Shown in pieces: positions 62,792 through 64,000 of a DNA stretch of 64,000 nt (positions within the stretch are counted from its first letter, which is position 1; the number at the start of each line of letters is the position of its first letter). The notes below the pieces were generated by a model that searched no databases, had not been told where the DNA came from, and worked only from the letters and a program-made list of their open reading frames with translations. The DNA comes from Oculina patagonica (taxonomy: Eukaryota): assembly GCF_052425735.1 (NCBI RefSeq), contig NC_135762.1, positions 17,050,001-17,114,000 of the forward strand, in the 5' to 3' direction. Position numbers and translations under genes: made by a program.

Positions 62792-64000
62792 CTGTTGGCA
62801 GATTACAAGACGTGGTAAAATATTGCATTTATTACCCGACCAAAACAGCTAAGGGGATCAATAACTAATATCAACCAATCAGAATGCTTTTTTGCCCCTC
62901 TAATATTTCCCAAGTATTGGACCGGGTATAGTTTCTACAGCTCTTTTCTAATTGTAAAGTCGTGTAATAAGTATCTTATTGACGAATTAAATAGTCTTTT
63001 TTATACGGATATCGCTGCGCTCGATCCGTACTGTCAACATCACGGCCCTCGACCCTCTCGCATGGTTAATATGATATATGTGTACATAATCTCCTGACTC
63101 GTGATGTAACTTTTTCGAGAAAAAAGTTCGCCACGTAGGGTATTACTTTGTATCTTTTATTTTGCTGTATTGTCACATTATTTACTAGCTGCTTATTTGG
63201 TCAACCAACCTCCGTTTTAGATTAAAGCAGTTGACATTTCGAGTGTTAGCATGACGTCAAGGTTCGTTTGAATAATCAACCGAACTCGACGTTTACTATT
63301 AAATGGGCATTGAGGATGCGACATAAAAGGCGCTAACCTTTGTAAGGCTATTTCGAGAATCGAAATCAAACCATATTGGCAGGGAAAAAACTGCGTAGCG
63401 CAAATAATAACTTTGAACGTTGTTCAAAAAATATGCACCTAAAGATTTTAAATAATAACTTTCGAACCAAGAAAACGTATAATAGCTAGAAATTCGGACG
63501 CGTTAACGCTTACTATTTTACGATAAAAAAAGAGACTCTCTTCGTGCAAAAAAATAAAAGACTGCAGTACGGTCTGCACTTATAAGGCTCACTTTTAATA
63601 AAGTAGGTGCATGTTTTCTTAATTTACCACCCTTTTCTCGGTTAATTACGGTAAAATGAAAAGCAGTAGGATGGGTAATTTTATTGAGTTGGCCTTTGTT
63701 TCCTTTGCCGCAATACTTGTTCATTCAAAATGAAGCTTTTAAATTAACTCCGGTGCCGTTTGATCCTGAAAAACTGGCGGTAAGGTCGGCTATGAATGTT
63801 CTGCTGATTGGGAACATCATAACATTAGCTTGATTATTTTCAAACAAGCTGTTTGCATTTTAAAAGCATCGCCTACCCAGCAGTTCGATTTTCGTCAAGA
63901 TTCTCTGCCAATAAATTCGAGTGCGGTTAAAGAAGGCTAAAATATGTTTACAGGACGAATAAACTTGCTTTTTTAAAGCATCCTCTTAGATGTTCTTAAA

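Noticed and set aside
1-64000. Hammerhead ribozymes (CTGATGA...GAAA)
   Set aside because: The CTGATGA hits I inspected by eye lacked supporting stems or lay inside ORFs. An Infernal search would be needed to exclude them fully.

Overview
Eukaryotic (animal) genomic DNA. The repeat families and gene structures suggest a cnidarian, probably a stony coral; this is inference. The window has two sharply different halves. (1) About 1-33,140 is nested transposable elements: a degenerate Ngaro/DIRS-type tyrosine-recombinase retrotransposon (241-3,933) inserted into an older Gypsy gag; many fragments of Gypsy, BEL/Pao, LINE, Ginger-like and hAT elements; a young full-length Mag-type Gypsy element (18,879-24,952) carrying a nested 1.4-kb TA-TSD DNA transposon; and a young full-length BEL/Pao element (27,287-33,138). 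(2) About 33,800-64,000 is gene-dense: WDR82 (+, 9 exons), a DNAJB9/ERdj4-like gene (-, 3 exons) head-to-head with cereblon/CRBN (+, 12 exons), and the 3' part of an SK/KCNN-like potassium channel (-). Introns carry tRNA-derived SINEs and MITEs. There are two N gaps. No prokaryotic system, CRISPR array, rRNA or true tRNA gene was found. The most notable observations are the ATT recombination core of the YR element, a possible signal-peptide-extended Gag, the RLDD reverse transcriptase, CAGTG MITEs with 5-bp TSDs, the DNAJB9/CRBN bidirectional promoter and a GFG-filter SK-like channel.
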